64,000 bases of DNA from Desulfosudaceae bacterium (GTDB lineage Bacteria; Desulfobacterota; Desulfobacteria; Desulfobacterales; Desulfosudaceae): positions 1,376,001 to 1,440,000 of the forward strand of contig CAXXDV010000001.1 in the NCBI GenBank assembly GCA_963674745.2, in the 5' to 3' direction. Positions 32,001 to 38,664 of this stretch are shown in pieces; position 1 is the stretch's first letter, and each line of letters begins with the position of its first letter. The notes beneath the pieces are model-generated. The model ran no database searches, had not been told where the DNA came from, and was given only the letters and a program-made list of their open reading frames with translations. Position numbers and translations under genes: made by a program.

Positions 32001-32558
32001 GGCCAGTACTTTGATAGTGAGACAGGGCTGCATTATAATATGTGGCGGTACTATGATCCAGAGATGGGGAGGTTCTTGCGGAAGGATCCGGTGGGACTAA
32101 GGGGTGGCGTTAATCTGTTTTTATATGCTTTGAATAATTCAGTGAACAATGAAGATCCATTCGGTTTAATAACGCTAGTGGCAGACATCCCTGAGGACCC
32201 AAATGCTAACACTGTAGTATGTGATGGTAAAGGTGGGACAAGGATCCAAGTGACTGAAACAGATGAATGTATCAAGAGTTGTGTAGAAGCACATGAACAG
32301 AAGCATAAAGAAGATATTGACCAATGGGATCCTGATGTTTGTAAAAGAGGTGGGAACAAACCGGATGGAACTAGAATTGTTATACCTGATATTACTTATC
32401 GGAGATTATCAGAAATCACTGCTCGAAATCGTCAATTGGTTTGTTTGCATGAAAAATTAAAATGCCCAGACGATGGATGTTTTGAAACAATTCAGAAGGA
32501 AATAAAAATAAAAGAAAGACAAGCTCAACAGTTGATGAACGGAACGTTACCCCTGTAA
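20097..32558 (+). CDS. Giant adhesin-Rhs polymorphic toxin (beta-helix repeats, FN3/Ig stalk, YD repeats, Rhs core, HExxH C-terminal tip)
   Basis: N-terminal hydrophobic signal; SGSPY/PGDWKGIYF beta-helix repeats; many YD repeats; HNDHLGTP, NLRFPGQYFDSETGLHYN..RYYDP..GRFL..DP, DPFGL; tip with HEQKH. Confidence 0.93.
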   Translation: MRSSPMTALTIDKRSKIRQRQIRYRQLMIHMMMVVMMLPVLLAGTPDLSLAATTVSEHIRASKTWDLSGSPYIVTNEVFVCDNAKLTIVAGVVVKFNAGASLKIGYSSTSWGALSAVGEQDNHIVFTSNVSPQNPGDWKGIYFTSATSSTTQLNYCTIEYGGHTNNANLYLANSAAFSISEVIVQKSSGHGIYISYSNPVISNCRIIDNQSDGIYCDNGEGSTVYTTTIADNLFVNNGGAAINTRGYINSITGSQGYDNGVNGISVRSGYIRGDCTWSAQDLPFVVQGDVSIINNKKLTITPGAIIKFNAGAGLRIGYSSTSWGALSAVGEQDNHIVFTSNVSPQNPGDWKGIYFTSSTSSTTQLNYCTIEYGGHTNNANLYLGSSPAAFSIGDTTEGEVIVQKSSGYGIYIGASNPIISNCRIIDNQSDGIYCDNGEGSTVYTTTIADNLFVNNGGAAINTRGYINSITGSQGYDNGVNGISVRSGYIRGDCTWSAQDLPFVVQGDVSIINNKKLTITPGAIIKFNAGAGLKIGYSSTSWGALSAVGEQDKHIVFTSNVSPQNPGDWKGIYFTSSTSSTTQLNYCTIEYGGHTNNANLYLSNVASTVPTIQNSDIRASSDSGIYIATSSPVISCNNIMENVEGIHYEYGSATPTIENNNILENTGMEFYAGTAVTIGSNWWGPSGDPGIVEISDNVTYGVLAEIACNTGVVVDNPPYPPAKPSPADGAGVAIYENGELIDFTTLSWSCTDYNPADTPDLNFDVYFGTNPDALPEVSSEQTDNAYTVANSGLSLNTTYYWKIVARDSQDSLGRIISGPVWSFTTSGYAPARVTNLSIDGVGDGKSAVLDWDGYTDPLNTVIDRFEIYQYGSTFDKLDYEDPVADPVKVGQVEGDVFTYQAVDLQRGNTYYFAVVPVDEFNNYYTDGLTSVTGTLTDEQAPGEVTDITVVSGANQLTFNWTAPGDDDLAGYEIYFDDAEVPATIDVNDPNSTSYTVDDTMDPDIVPASTYTFKIIIVDDASNKSEGLEINAATLVANPAAPDTVANDGYVSLSWDEPDSYARGIASPIKRYVVYKSETDAITSLNQMTWALTTTSTSANVAGLTNGQNYYFAVATVNISGCKDDAVNLSGAVVPLADDIDPTIGELQFNGTTFNEVNPLTGSGDFELTATDASGISRVEFVVLDGSNDEVFRTTDYSPVYTCNMDLLAFHNQSYTLQVTVYDTIGNEAFLEYPFTVAMPAPAVPVINSPVDGFSTNQSAITVKGTAEPLSTITFYVNGTEQQTTTTTNASGNFSGSVDLVKGTSDITTNNINATATAANRPQTSGHSTTITGYLDTSIPDAPVHLTAEPLEGGKVHLTWDCMASDLAGYNIYRHTASFETATAAIRVNSSPVKVLQFTNAPEVEGLYYYSVTSVNSLGTESALSNQVEAQSDASGPEVDITYTPQGPVSPVDGAIGPGRVDVTLVVNEPLLTTPFFSMVPDGGVLIPVDLTKISDTEYSGYFTIEADTISAETYAVFSARDRVGNRGTTVPAEDQSILVDARGPEVIRLDVTPAAPIDNNGPVTVTAVFGLDEPIPQSDDHDYPVFEWELSGAPGSSYPTNTAVEIDPQPEEAQAWRVSFTIPAMAVSADYEYLSFSLEGIDYLGNIGDTISADNAFEIYQGNLPKLDPPTSLTGTSLPYGDIELSWDAVDNASGYKLYRGTTTGDLTEIYEAPAGITTYTDTNQPGDGDYFYAITSIREENSLSSESVQRVLTQSVSSDSALPLAPANLSLELVPNGIQATWEYSAADQVTYSLYRSLNSISSVDGLEPIIQGISMANISVIDPNPSETDHYYVVVAVDDAGNISPLSNNDDLDPGLLPVTSLNIVQEDLSDPVISWTTTGSSIVGCNIYMGEASNDDPLNDTLITTNTYTDTGYAEDQRTYTVTTENNSGTESLDRVITLPKVTAVRAADARIDRGIMNGLTYTVTNHSSDDIDPIQLQVDVVLEDDSEKSHLSTPFALAAGETRDVSVIIGGYENLLDNTEITTTIKITEDVNETIDIIRTGYIDVGDGLLGLRLTTETFTRGGDGQVRFSLENTCAEEIEIISARNFGDDPSDQVVIFLEDFEGNPVATRSYKCAIAPSVTQTDGTSVISIPPGQTFESELITIPVPANASDDLIARLSIAHIYYHFNDPDQVEMGEMSTSLPVSLVDTSYYGEVTSVSPANSSGDTDITISGHAMERGTGDVLSGVPLTVVITNNGFERKATVYTDQSGCFEYLYTPTIGSSGTFQVCAVHPDLTERPVQGTFVINQINLQYSAYNLTLPRGLAYDVTLAATAGSGTAATSLGFEYRAQDQDGGVFPAGITVTPGTFIDLDSGESAPVSFTIEGDLSAADTSRIVLRLVSSEEPTNGWDTLEVNLSLVESRPSLWTTPDYLMTGMNTGDYITESVVLENKGYADMESLSLSLINSDGSAVPDWIYISSPTRISSLAAGATSNVSIVLSPPADFAPDVLYLYLKITSGNHADVKIPISVTVTTDVTGQVLFHVSDFYTGTPDDYNEPINGLANARILVQNEATFDEYTLTTDTEGEAQSPPIPVGNYRVRVRADNHQELVDRIWIKPGITLAKEIFLANQLVTVEWEVVETTIADKYEIIYTATFETDVPAAIVVSEPPVIEIPDGMKVGDVANGEVKLTNKGLIRAEDIDLPAPVCEYFQVEYIGVPESIQPHQSVSVPYRITCLKLPYADAGQDGTGGDTESEYDEETCSEKIRKCNKGYYTFTCSNGTTFKKEFESCVDYTEHYPRNPDGSCDWTTDSNNTDKSEAADDLIEQDQKEFEKEMQELMDSGELAAMCAGETDGCEDDDDDDDFCDKFEKDHNLDETGSAVDLLNFMYTRDDTDLSLQVPGGLFEMTRQYKDGQWDWGLSKKNLTLNYEDDQIASIDKNGIIFRKVPESPSDVKALFTNTSYKITQQMDDTFVWQSRGGNYKFYDAQGRLTEVGDANGPQRYLIYSGQYLIGYKDKDDQQFLWLEYTGNQILRIQDNNNREVQYDYTVDGLLETVTFVNDLSESKVIYGYGYDDVGNLTSVWLAGDGEVDIQNDDPTYTITYNELNMAKSVVDSTGQGKYFSYNYFSERKERYASSETSDGQIKEIWYDDEGNAKRMDINGETQFAIEIDGRTTRITRNGHTTSNYYDEWDNEIKREFPDGSSITREFERKFSKMTSKTDENGVVTEYTYDDKGNRTSMTEAVGTPEERTTEYEYEDGNLIETRILGVTDIVTTMTYDDDGNQTSITTDAEGDAVKTAFIHDIMGNVLTRTVDPDGVNLVWTYTYDDRGNMLSVEDPEHRLTQYEYDLGGRKTKQIAPDLTETLYEYDSVGNMIKQTVVMSPENIVTTFEYGYDNKLLKTIDPEGAVTEYVYDSRGRRVKTIDPAGNATITAYDPIDSGGCTSCSGSAGQPIRITYPTYEKAFVYDERNRKIAEKVITAEQTFETLFVYDPVGNLIEKTDKDNQTTYYEYDALNRLIRVTDPNQGQTSYTYDNRDNMTSLTDAQGNTTEFEYDANNRLVKETRPEGEITTYDYDLMGNLIEKIDAKDQKTEYDYNNAGQLDETRYYDASLTLVKTVSFTYDDAGNLEGYNDGTTSAVYVFDKAGRKTSETVTCGGYSWTNTYTYLKNGLKDTFTGPDNVTYTYMYDTANRLAGVQMPAGVGFLTVNGYNWNRPAGFTLPGGGARETLYDPLMRIKQIIGKDPGGNDLLNYDYTYDTMDNITSKATEHGDYNYDYDNLHRLVDVDNPEVAGLADEEFTYDNVGNRLTTEDSTSDWGYNSNNELQSSSDTTGNAVYEYDDNGNTIKKTVAGVVTNYVYNVEDRLTEVRDGSNNLIASYYYDPFGRRLSKIVGGTKTYYHYSDEGLVAEIDSYGNVVKSYGWQPGGTWGTDPLFMRVGGAYYFYHNDHLGTPQKLTAANGAVVWSAKYSSFGEAVVEVDTVENNLRFPGQYFDSETGLHYNMWRYYDPEMGRFLRKDPVGLRGGVNLFLYALNNSVNNEDPFGLITLVADIPEDPNANTVVCDGKGGTRIQVTETDECIKSCVEAHEQKHKEDIDQWDPDVCKRGGNKPDGTRIVIPDITYRRLSEITARNRQLVCLHEKLKCPDDGCFETIQKEIKIKERQAQQLMNGTLPL
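20383..21900 (+). repeat. Near-identical intragenic tandem repeat (636/654-bp units, about 2.3 copies)
   Basis: GATTGGGTATAGCAGTACTTCCTGGGGCGCG recurs at about 20405, 21041 and 21695. Confidence 0.9.
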
Positions 32559-32671
32559 AAAAAGAAAAATTATTATAAATAGGAACCTGACTCGCTAGAT
32601 TGCTGGGCCACTACATGACCACAAAAAAGTGTAAAAAAACTGTATTACCTGTTTTTGTTACCATGAAGCAT

Positions 32672-32740
32672 GAGGGTTGCCTCCTAAATTTTGATGTTTT
32701 GGTTTGGTCACCTACATCAAAACCGGTAACCCTCTTTTTT
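32672..32740. terminator. Long hairpin plus T-run after the rhs gene (possible terminator; on the minus strand it sequesters AGGAGG before an ATG of a truncated ORF)
   Basis: GAGGGTTGCC/GGTAACCCTC and TTTTGATGT/ACATCAAAA stems, then TTTTTT. Confidence 0.55.
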
Positions 32741-32803
32741 GCATGAGGGGTGTCAGATCAAGTTGAAACTATTTCACTTTATGTTTGCGGATTGTGATCA
32801 CAG

Positions 32804-33673
32804 TTACGGAATAAAAGTATTCATCCTTTGGATAAAATATTTTGATTCTTTTTGAAAAGCACCTTCACTGATTTTCATATATATGTATCTGAGAGTACTC
32901 CCTGGCTTATGATCATCAATTTTCGCTAAAACTTCTTTCAGATCTTGTTTTGTACAAGTCTGTGAATTTTTCCAATGGATAAATGTCTGTCCCTTATAGT
33001 TCAGAGGAGTTGCATGAAAGGAATTCTTTTCCGAATTATTCAGAAACTCATCAATCTGCTTTATAAGGTCATTTAGATCACTTCGAGATACTTTTTCAAC
33101 TCTATAATCTACAGAGATGAGTGATGGATTTAAAGGCTCAAAATCTGTATTCTCTATTTCTTCAATTAGTTCTTTTGTTAACTCTTGCTCGTTAGCATCA
33201 GCAAGGAGTGTTTGTTTTATTTGTTTCTTACTATACGTCTTCCTTTCTTCTATTTGTTCTTTTGTAAACGCTTGTATATTAGAATTAGCAAGAAGTTTTT
33301 TGATATATTCTTTTATCAACGGCAGCCGCTTAATCCCATCAGCATTCCACAAGTAAATACACAATGAAGTACTCTCAATATTTCGATAATGCTCCTGCGA
33401 TATTAATATTAGTTCTCCAAATTCTTCCTGGCGCCATGTACCGAGATCGCTTTCAAATACATCAAAATCCCCCCGGTATATTTTTCGGTATGTACCATCT
33501 ACATTGAACTGAAAGTAATTTGAGTTAGTTCCCTCATAACTTTTAAAATAGATGTTCTCATCTTTAGGCATTTGAAAAACGGTAGGCTCTTCTGCGAACG
33601 CTGGGGAACTGACCAGAATGAAGAATATAAACAATATGATATTTATCATACCTTTTTCCAATGCTTCCAACAT
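32804..33673 (-). CDS. Exported hypothetical protein (orphan immunity-like)
   Basis: Signal peptide MINIILFIFFILVSSPAFA; AT-rich; internal duplication LLANSNIQAFTKEQIEE/LLADANEQELTKELIEE. Confidence 0.7.
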   Translation of the reverse strand: MLEALEKGMINIILFIFFILVSSPAFAEEPTVFQMPKDENIYFKSYEGTNSNYFQFNVDGTYRKIYRGDFDVFESDLGTWRQEEFGELILISQEHYRNIESTSLCIYLWNADGIKRLPLIKEYIKKLLANSNIQAFTKEQIEERKTYSKKQIKQTLLADANEQELTKELIEEIENTDFEPLNPSLISVDYRVEKVSRSDLNDLIKQIDEFLNNSEKNSFHATPLNYKGQTFIHWKNSQTCTKQDLKEVLAKIDDHKPGSTLRYIYMKISEGAFQKESKYFIQRMNTFIP

Positions 33674-33750
33674 TAATGATTATATAGTCGGTTTGCCTTT
33701 TGCCCGAAATCTGATTTCGTATAGTAAATAAAATTTTATCAGGGATTAAT

Positions 33751-33817
33751 GGGGACGTCCATGCTTTTATGCATTTCCTCAATTTTTTTGTGTGGTAGTG
33801 GGTGACGGTTTATGCCC
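33751..33817 (-). repeat. Inverted copy of cassette-boundary repeat B/C
   Basis: GGGGACGTCCATGCTTTTATGC...TAGTGGGTGACGGTTTATGCCC is the reverse complement of the repeat at 36938-37007. Confidence 0.85.
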
Positions 33818-33826
33818 GACATGAGG

Positions 33827-34252
33827 TTACCGGTTAGGCTTCCTGTGGTCTTGAACAATTTCACTACAGATCTCTACGCACTCTGAGCAAATCTCCACTC
33901 CTGGGCCTGAGATCATCATGAAGACCTCACTTTCATCCTTCGTGTAAAAGTCGCAGGTTCGACCGTTTGTACTGACAGGGCCTTCTGTTGATTTGATTTC
34001 TTCAACTGTCATTTTGGCTTGCTTGGCTACAGCGGGGTCTCTGTCACTGCACAATTCCTCCAATATGAAAACTGGCGTAGCAAATTTCTGGGCTAAAGTT
34101 TTCCGCACTGCCGGGTTGTTGCTTTCCAGCAGCCGTTCACATAAAATTACTGTATCGATCAAGTGAGAAAAGCATTCAAGGTTGTCTGCGATCTCCTCGA
34201 CAATTTCATTGTCGTTGGTATCTATCCAGTGATTCAGGGCTTCTTTGTCCAA
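33827..34252 (-). CDS. LRV/HEAT-like repeat protein fused to a degenerate ClpX-type C4 zinc finger; start uncertain
   Basis: NPAVRKTLAQ..ATP..ILEELCSD; CDFYTKDESEV.MMISGPGVEICSECVEIC. Confidence 0.65.
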   Translation of the reverse strand: MDKEALNHWIDTNDNEIVEEIADNLECFSHLIDTVILCERLLESNNPAVRKTLAQKFATPVFILEELCSDRDPAVAKQAKMTVEEIKSTEGPVSTNGRTCDFYTKDESEVFMMISGPGVEICSECVEICSEIVQDHRKPNR

Positions 34253-34306
34253 ATGTTTGTATATAAATTTTTAATCAGTATTGACAATTGTCCCCAATAG
34301 TCCCAC

Positions 34307-34687
34307 TTACTTATAATAAATAAATATTTGCTTCTCTTTTTCATCGATTTCTACAATAACACCGAAATCGTTCTTCAAAATACTGAACATTTCTTTATAA
34401 GAAGAATATTTAAACGAAAATCGCTCATACACACCGTCATTTATAACTTCATAACCTTTATATCGATTGCGACCTTCGAAAAAGTTCGTCAGGAGTTTGT
34501 TCTCAACAACTGTATGACGAACCCCGTCGATGTATTCCCAATGCACGGAAGTTCTAAAGTAACGCTTTTCCTCTAATTCTTCAGCCGAAAGAAAATTAAA
34601 CACACAGCCTGAAAATAAAACAATCGCTATCAAAATTTTAGCAGATCTGACAACATTCTTCTTTTTGTGTTCACGTTTATTCATCAT
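34307..34687 (-). CDS. Exported hypothetical protein
   Basis: Basic N-terminus and hydrophobic signal (ILIAIVLFSGC); RBS AAGGGG. Confidence 0.65.
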   Translation of the reverse strand: MMNKREHKKKNVVRSAKILIAIVLFSGCVFNFLSAEELEEKRYFRTSVHWEYIDGVRHTVVENKLLTNFFEGRNRYKGYEVINDGVYERFSFKYSSYKEMFSILKNDFGVIVEIDEKEKQIFIYYK

Positions 34688-34717
34688 ATCGATCCCCCTT
34701 CTGATAATTTAAGGTTG

Positions 34718-35380
34718 TTATTTACCAGCCCCCTCAAGAATGGCCACTATTTCTGTACGGTTTTTCTCTTCTGCAATATCCAATGGCGTATTACCCTCTT
34801 TGTCCCGGGCATCCGGATCAGCCCCGTACTCCAGAAGTTGCCGAATGGCTTCTCTTTCGTCTTCAATTATGCCGGACTTTTGTGCGGCCCGGTGCAAAGG
34901 CGTCTGCCCCAACTGATCACACCGGGTGTTTACATCAGCACCATTTTCCAGCAGCAGTTTCACAACTGCGAGGTTGCTCCCTCCCCCCCTGTTCGCTTCA
35001 TTCAAGGGTGTCAGTCCCCGTCCATTTCTGGCTTCAATATCCGCACCTGCGTCCAGCAGCATCCTCACCATGTCAGTAGAGCGTTCAAAAGCTGCCAGAT
35101 GCAAAGGTGTCGCGCCCGAGTGATCTTTGACATTGACATCCGCACCTCTTTCCAGCAGAAAATCCATAATTTGCGGGTTTGCAGCACTGGCTGCGGCACA
35201 CAAGGGTGTCCGGCCGGCACGATCTCTGATGTTAATATCCACTCCGTTTCCCAGCAAGTTCTCCACAGTCTGGATATCTCTTTTGCCTATCGCACGAAAT
35301 AATTCCTTTTTATCATCGGCAGAAACAAAACCCGTCATTACAAAAACAAACAAAATAGATGACAACAATAATCGACGCAT
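34718..35380 (-). CDS. Exported ankyrin-repeat protein (orphan immunity-like)
   Basis: Signal peptide; repeated GxTPLHxAA...LLxxGADVN. Confidence 0.92.
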   Translation of the reverse strand: MRRLLLSSILFVFVMTGFVSADDKKELFRAIGKRDIQTVENLLGNGVDINIRDRAGRTPLCAAASAANPQIMDFLLERGADVNVKDHSGATPLHLAAFERSTDMVRMLLDAGADIEARNGRGLTPLNEANRGGGSNLAVVKLLLENGADVNTRCDQLGQTPLHRAAQKSGIIEDEREAIRQLLEYGADPDARDKEGNTPLDIAEEKNRTEIVAILEGAGK

Positions 35381-35637
35381 GCCCCCTCCTCTTTATTAAG
35401 CATTAAATAAAATACTGTTTTCGTTTTTGCTGCCTATGCTTTCCCCCAAAACCTTTATAGCGGCTGGGGGTGACACCCTCCACAGTAGCGACAGGTACAA
35501 TGAGGGCATTCTTTATTTCAAAGATTTTGATCAGTTCAAGAAGATTGTTGCAGCCTATAAAAACAGGATTAAAAAAGTTACAACCAATGAAACCTCTGTT
35601 TTGCCTACTTACTGTTTGAAAATGATTTGCCTTCTTG

Positions 35638-35672
35638 TCTCCCGGTGTGTCGATCCTTGCCTTCCGTGGCAT
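35638..35672 (-). pseudogene. 5' remnant of an HUH (Y1/REP-associated tyrosine) transposase
   Basis: MPRKARIDTPG with RBS GGGAG and TATAAT upstream resembles the N-terminus of RAYT-like transposases; similarity stops after about 11 codons. Confidence 0.55.
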
Positions 35673-35794
35673 TTTCGCTCCCTATTATATCTGCATTTCA
35701 GGGGGAAACGCATAAAATCATAGACGTCCTCATTAGCCCCCCAAAGAAAAGGAAAACATATAAAAATAGGTGCTTAATCGGATAAGTTCATAAG

Positions 35795-36298
35795 TTATGG
35801 GCGTACCTTATTTCTCTCCTTTGGGTGAATAATTAGCCAACCACCAATTCTTTTTTCTTTTCCAACATTAGGTATATAATAATTCCAGAATATCAAAATG
35901 TCTTTCCTCAAGAAATTGTTTATCTCCGGAAATCTTTCTTGTAATAAAATCTTGCCATCTAAAGTTTCTCCGGGTTTTAACTTAACAAGTGTTATGCCAG
36001 GATCCTCAATAGTTGTTAATTCACGGAGAGGGGCTCTTTTATCATCTAAAGGGATTACACAAAATATCATTGTAGGCGTTGGACGCCAAGGCAAGTACAC
36101 CTCATTGAATATTAAAGGAGAGTTACCTTCGTTCTTTAATATCATTTTAAGGTTAATATTATCTTCATCATACAAAATCTGTGCTTCAACATTAAACAAT
36201 AAGTCATTATTTTTAGATATCACATTATCACACTGTAGACAAATAACTAGTATCGTTAACACTATAAACAATTTTTGTTTACATGAATTGTTGTGCAT
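35795..36298 (-). CDS. Putative immunity protein of cassette 6 (exported, Ig-like); alternative start 36328
   Basis: Overlaps the tip stop; hydrophobic N-terminus; LKNEGNSPL...LKPGET Ig-like pattern. Confidence 0.7.
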   Translation of the reverse strand: MHNNSCKQKLFIVLTILVICLQCDNVISKNNDLLFNVEAQILYDEDNINLKMILKNEGNSPLIFNEVYLPWRPTPTMIFCVIPLDDKRAPLRELTTIEDPGITLVKLKPGETLDGKILLQERFPEINNFLRKDILIFWNYYIPNVGKEKRIGGWLIIHPKERNKVRP

Positions 36299-36830
36299 AT
36301 TCCTGAACCCTATTAATTTCATCTTCAATTTTTTTAATGCATAGAGAATCCGGATCGGTGCATTTTAATTCTGTCTTTTTTGCTTTCAAACAAACTAAAG
36401 ATTTATTACATGCGCGCCGTTCTGAAGGCGCTCTTTCACTCCACTCCCACCAAATTCTGGTCATATAATCTTTACCTTTACAAATATTATTGTTAATTCT
36501 TAGAGCATCCTCTATATGTATGTTTTCATGCGCTCGAGAACAATCTTTGAAGCATTCACCGCCTGGTGCCAAATATGGCATAATCCCACCCCTGCCATCG
36601 CATACAATTGTGTTGTTGGGATAATCTTTATCGAGCTTCCCGCTTGCGGTTAACAACCCTCTTTCATCATAATAATTTTTTGGATTTCCCATGGCATATA
36701 GATAATAACTATTCACTCCACGACTTGATCTAATCGGATCAACCCTCAAGTACCTCCCCTTGCCCGGATCATAATACCTATTCCAATTATAATGTAGCCC
36801 TGTCTCGTCATCATAGTATTGGCCCGGATA
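36279..36830 (-). pseudogene. Orphan Rhs tip, cassette 6 (HExxH; paralogue of the expressed tip)
   Basis: YPGQYYDDETGLHYNWNRYYDP...DERGL then NTIVCDGRGG...RAHENIH. Confidence 0.88.
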
Positions 36831-37007
36831 TATTCTGATGCGAGTCCCCCATAAAGACCTGTTTTTTACCCCCCTTGTTTTGTTGGCCCCCGGATGAACT
36901 CATTTTCAAAGATATGATAGTTTACCATATGGTCGTTGGGCAAAAAAACCGTCACCCACTAACAACACAAAGAAACCGAAGAAACGCATAAAAGCATGGA
37001 CGTCCCC
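36817..37007. repeat. Cassette junction repeat R6 (A+B+C)
   Basis: TATTGGCCCGGATATATTCTGATGCG...AAAGACCTGTTTTTTACCCCCCTTGTTTTGTTGG; TATGGTCGTTGGGCAAAAAAACCGTCACCCACTA; GAAACGCATAAAAGCATGGACGTCCCC. Confidence 0.92.
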
Positions 37008-37054
37008 ATTAGCCCTCAAGAAAAAATGAATATAAAAATGTAAAGATCAGTTAT

Positions 37055-37768
37055 TTACTTACTTTGACCCTTTTGCTCCCCACCGGCAGGCAAGCAGCAG
37101 GTGTCATCCTTACCAAGTTGCATCAACTTTTTATCACCTGAAGACAAATCTAATAAATACAATTTCTCCCTTAATGGATTATTCTGGTTGGGTCTTTCAA
37201 CCAAAAGAATAATTCCAGGTTCTATTACCCGTACGGCATCAATCGCACTGATGAGAAATTCTGCTTCTTGATCAAAAGAGTCATAAATTAACGTCATTGT
37301 CAAACTGCTATCCACTGAAATAATAGTTGTTCTTGCGGGCCTTGAAGTAGAAACAATCATTAGTGCTTTATTTTCTATCGAAGCAATTGGTGTCGTAATA
37401 AATAATAGATGATCATAGGTCACGTCACGAGCGGTTTTATTTTTAATATCATAGCAAGGAACATATCCAGACACATGGTCAGGAATTTCGTTTTGAACAA
37501 TAAAAGCATGTTCTATAAAAGCTAGCCTTGTCCCAAGTTGTTGCTTGTTAAACTGTTCAAGTTCTGCTCTTAATTTCTTTAAACACAATGGTTCTTGGTT
37601 ATTTAATTCAAACTGTTTCTCAAAATCACTGTAATTACTAATATAATATGAAAAAGCAACAAGTAAACGTGGCAACTGATAAGGAGATAGATAAGAATCA
37701 TTGCCACTCGAAACAACATGACATGGTAAACATGTTAGAATAATTACAAGTATGATAGTTTTACCCAT
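37055..37768 (-). CDS. Putative immunity protein of cassette 5 (exported)
   Basis: Directly downstream of tip 5; signal peptide MGKTIILVIILTCLPCHVVSS. Confidence 0.7.
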   Translation of the reverse strand: MGKTIILVIILTCLPCHVVSSGNDSYLSPYQLPRLLVAFSYYISNYSDFEKQFELNNQEPLCLKKLRAELEQFNKQQLGTRLAFIEHAFIVQNEIPDHVSGYVPCYDIKNKTARDVTYDHLLFITTPIASIENKALMIVSTSRPARTTIISVDSSLTMTLIYDSFDQEAEFLISAIDAVRVIEPGIILLVERPNQNNPLREKLYLLDLSSGDKKLMQLGKDDTCCLPAGGEQKGQSK

Positions 37769-37815
37769 GTTTCAAGCCCTCTATTTTTTCAATATCAATT
37801 TGCAATTAATTCTTA

Positions 37816-38454
37816 TTATAAGATACATCCCGAAATAAAATCTTTTCTATTACACCAACCTTTTAAAGGGTCTGTATAAAAATAGAGGGTTCCTCCGCTC
37901 ATGCCTTTCACTGTTACAGTCCCCGTTGGAGATAATGGTTTGCTTCTTTTGACCAATGTTCTTCCTCCTCCCTTACAACATTTCCAACACTTTTGAACCA
38001 GTTCGCAATTTTGGTGTCCAACGCACATTATTTCACCGCCACCGGTTTTATCAGACCCTCCAGAAGCATTAGTTATATTTTTCCAAGCAGCTTTTCGATT
38101 TTTGTTTTTCAGGTTAGCCCCATTCAATTTTCCACAAGTTCTGGCAGTATTTGTTCTTGAACAACAAGCAGATATACTCGCTTTAGCGTCAGCCAATCCA
38201 GGAGGGATAGTTTTGATGTCATTATAGCTAACAATAGCCCATGGTTCAATTTCCCCCATCGTCCACTCATCTGCTACGCTTAATGCTTTCGAATCAATAA
38301 GATTTACCGGGGTATTCCAAACATACTCATAAAGATTAATCCCGCCGCCTACACCAATCGGATCAACCCTCAAGTACCTCCCAACCTCAGGATCATAATA
38401 TCTGTGGTAGTTGTAGTGCAGACCAGTCTCATCATCGAAGTATTGGCCCGGATA
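37816..38454 (-). pseudogene. Orphan Rhs tip, cassette 5 (Cys-rich, basic, unknown activity)
   Basis: YPGQYFDDETGLHYNYHRYYDP...RVDPIG...DSKAL. Confidence 0.88.
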
Positions 38455-38664
38455 TACTTCGATGTGGGTTACCCCCGAAAGACCTGTTTTTTACCCCCCT
38501 TGTTTTGTTGGCTGTTGGAAATAAAACTGTTCTTTATGGGTTAAAGGGAAGGGGAGTTAAAAGATGCAGAAGCGCATCCATTCTATATGGTCGTTGGGCA
38601 AAAAAACCGTCACCCACTAACACACGAAAAAACCGGAGAAACGCATAAAAGCATGGACGTCCCC
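38441..38664. repeat. Cassette junction repeat R5 (near-identical to R2)
   Basis: About 224 bp matching 45103-45324. Confidence 0.92.
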
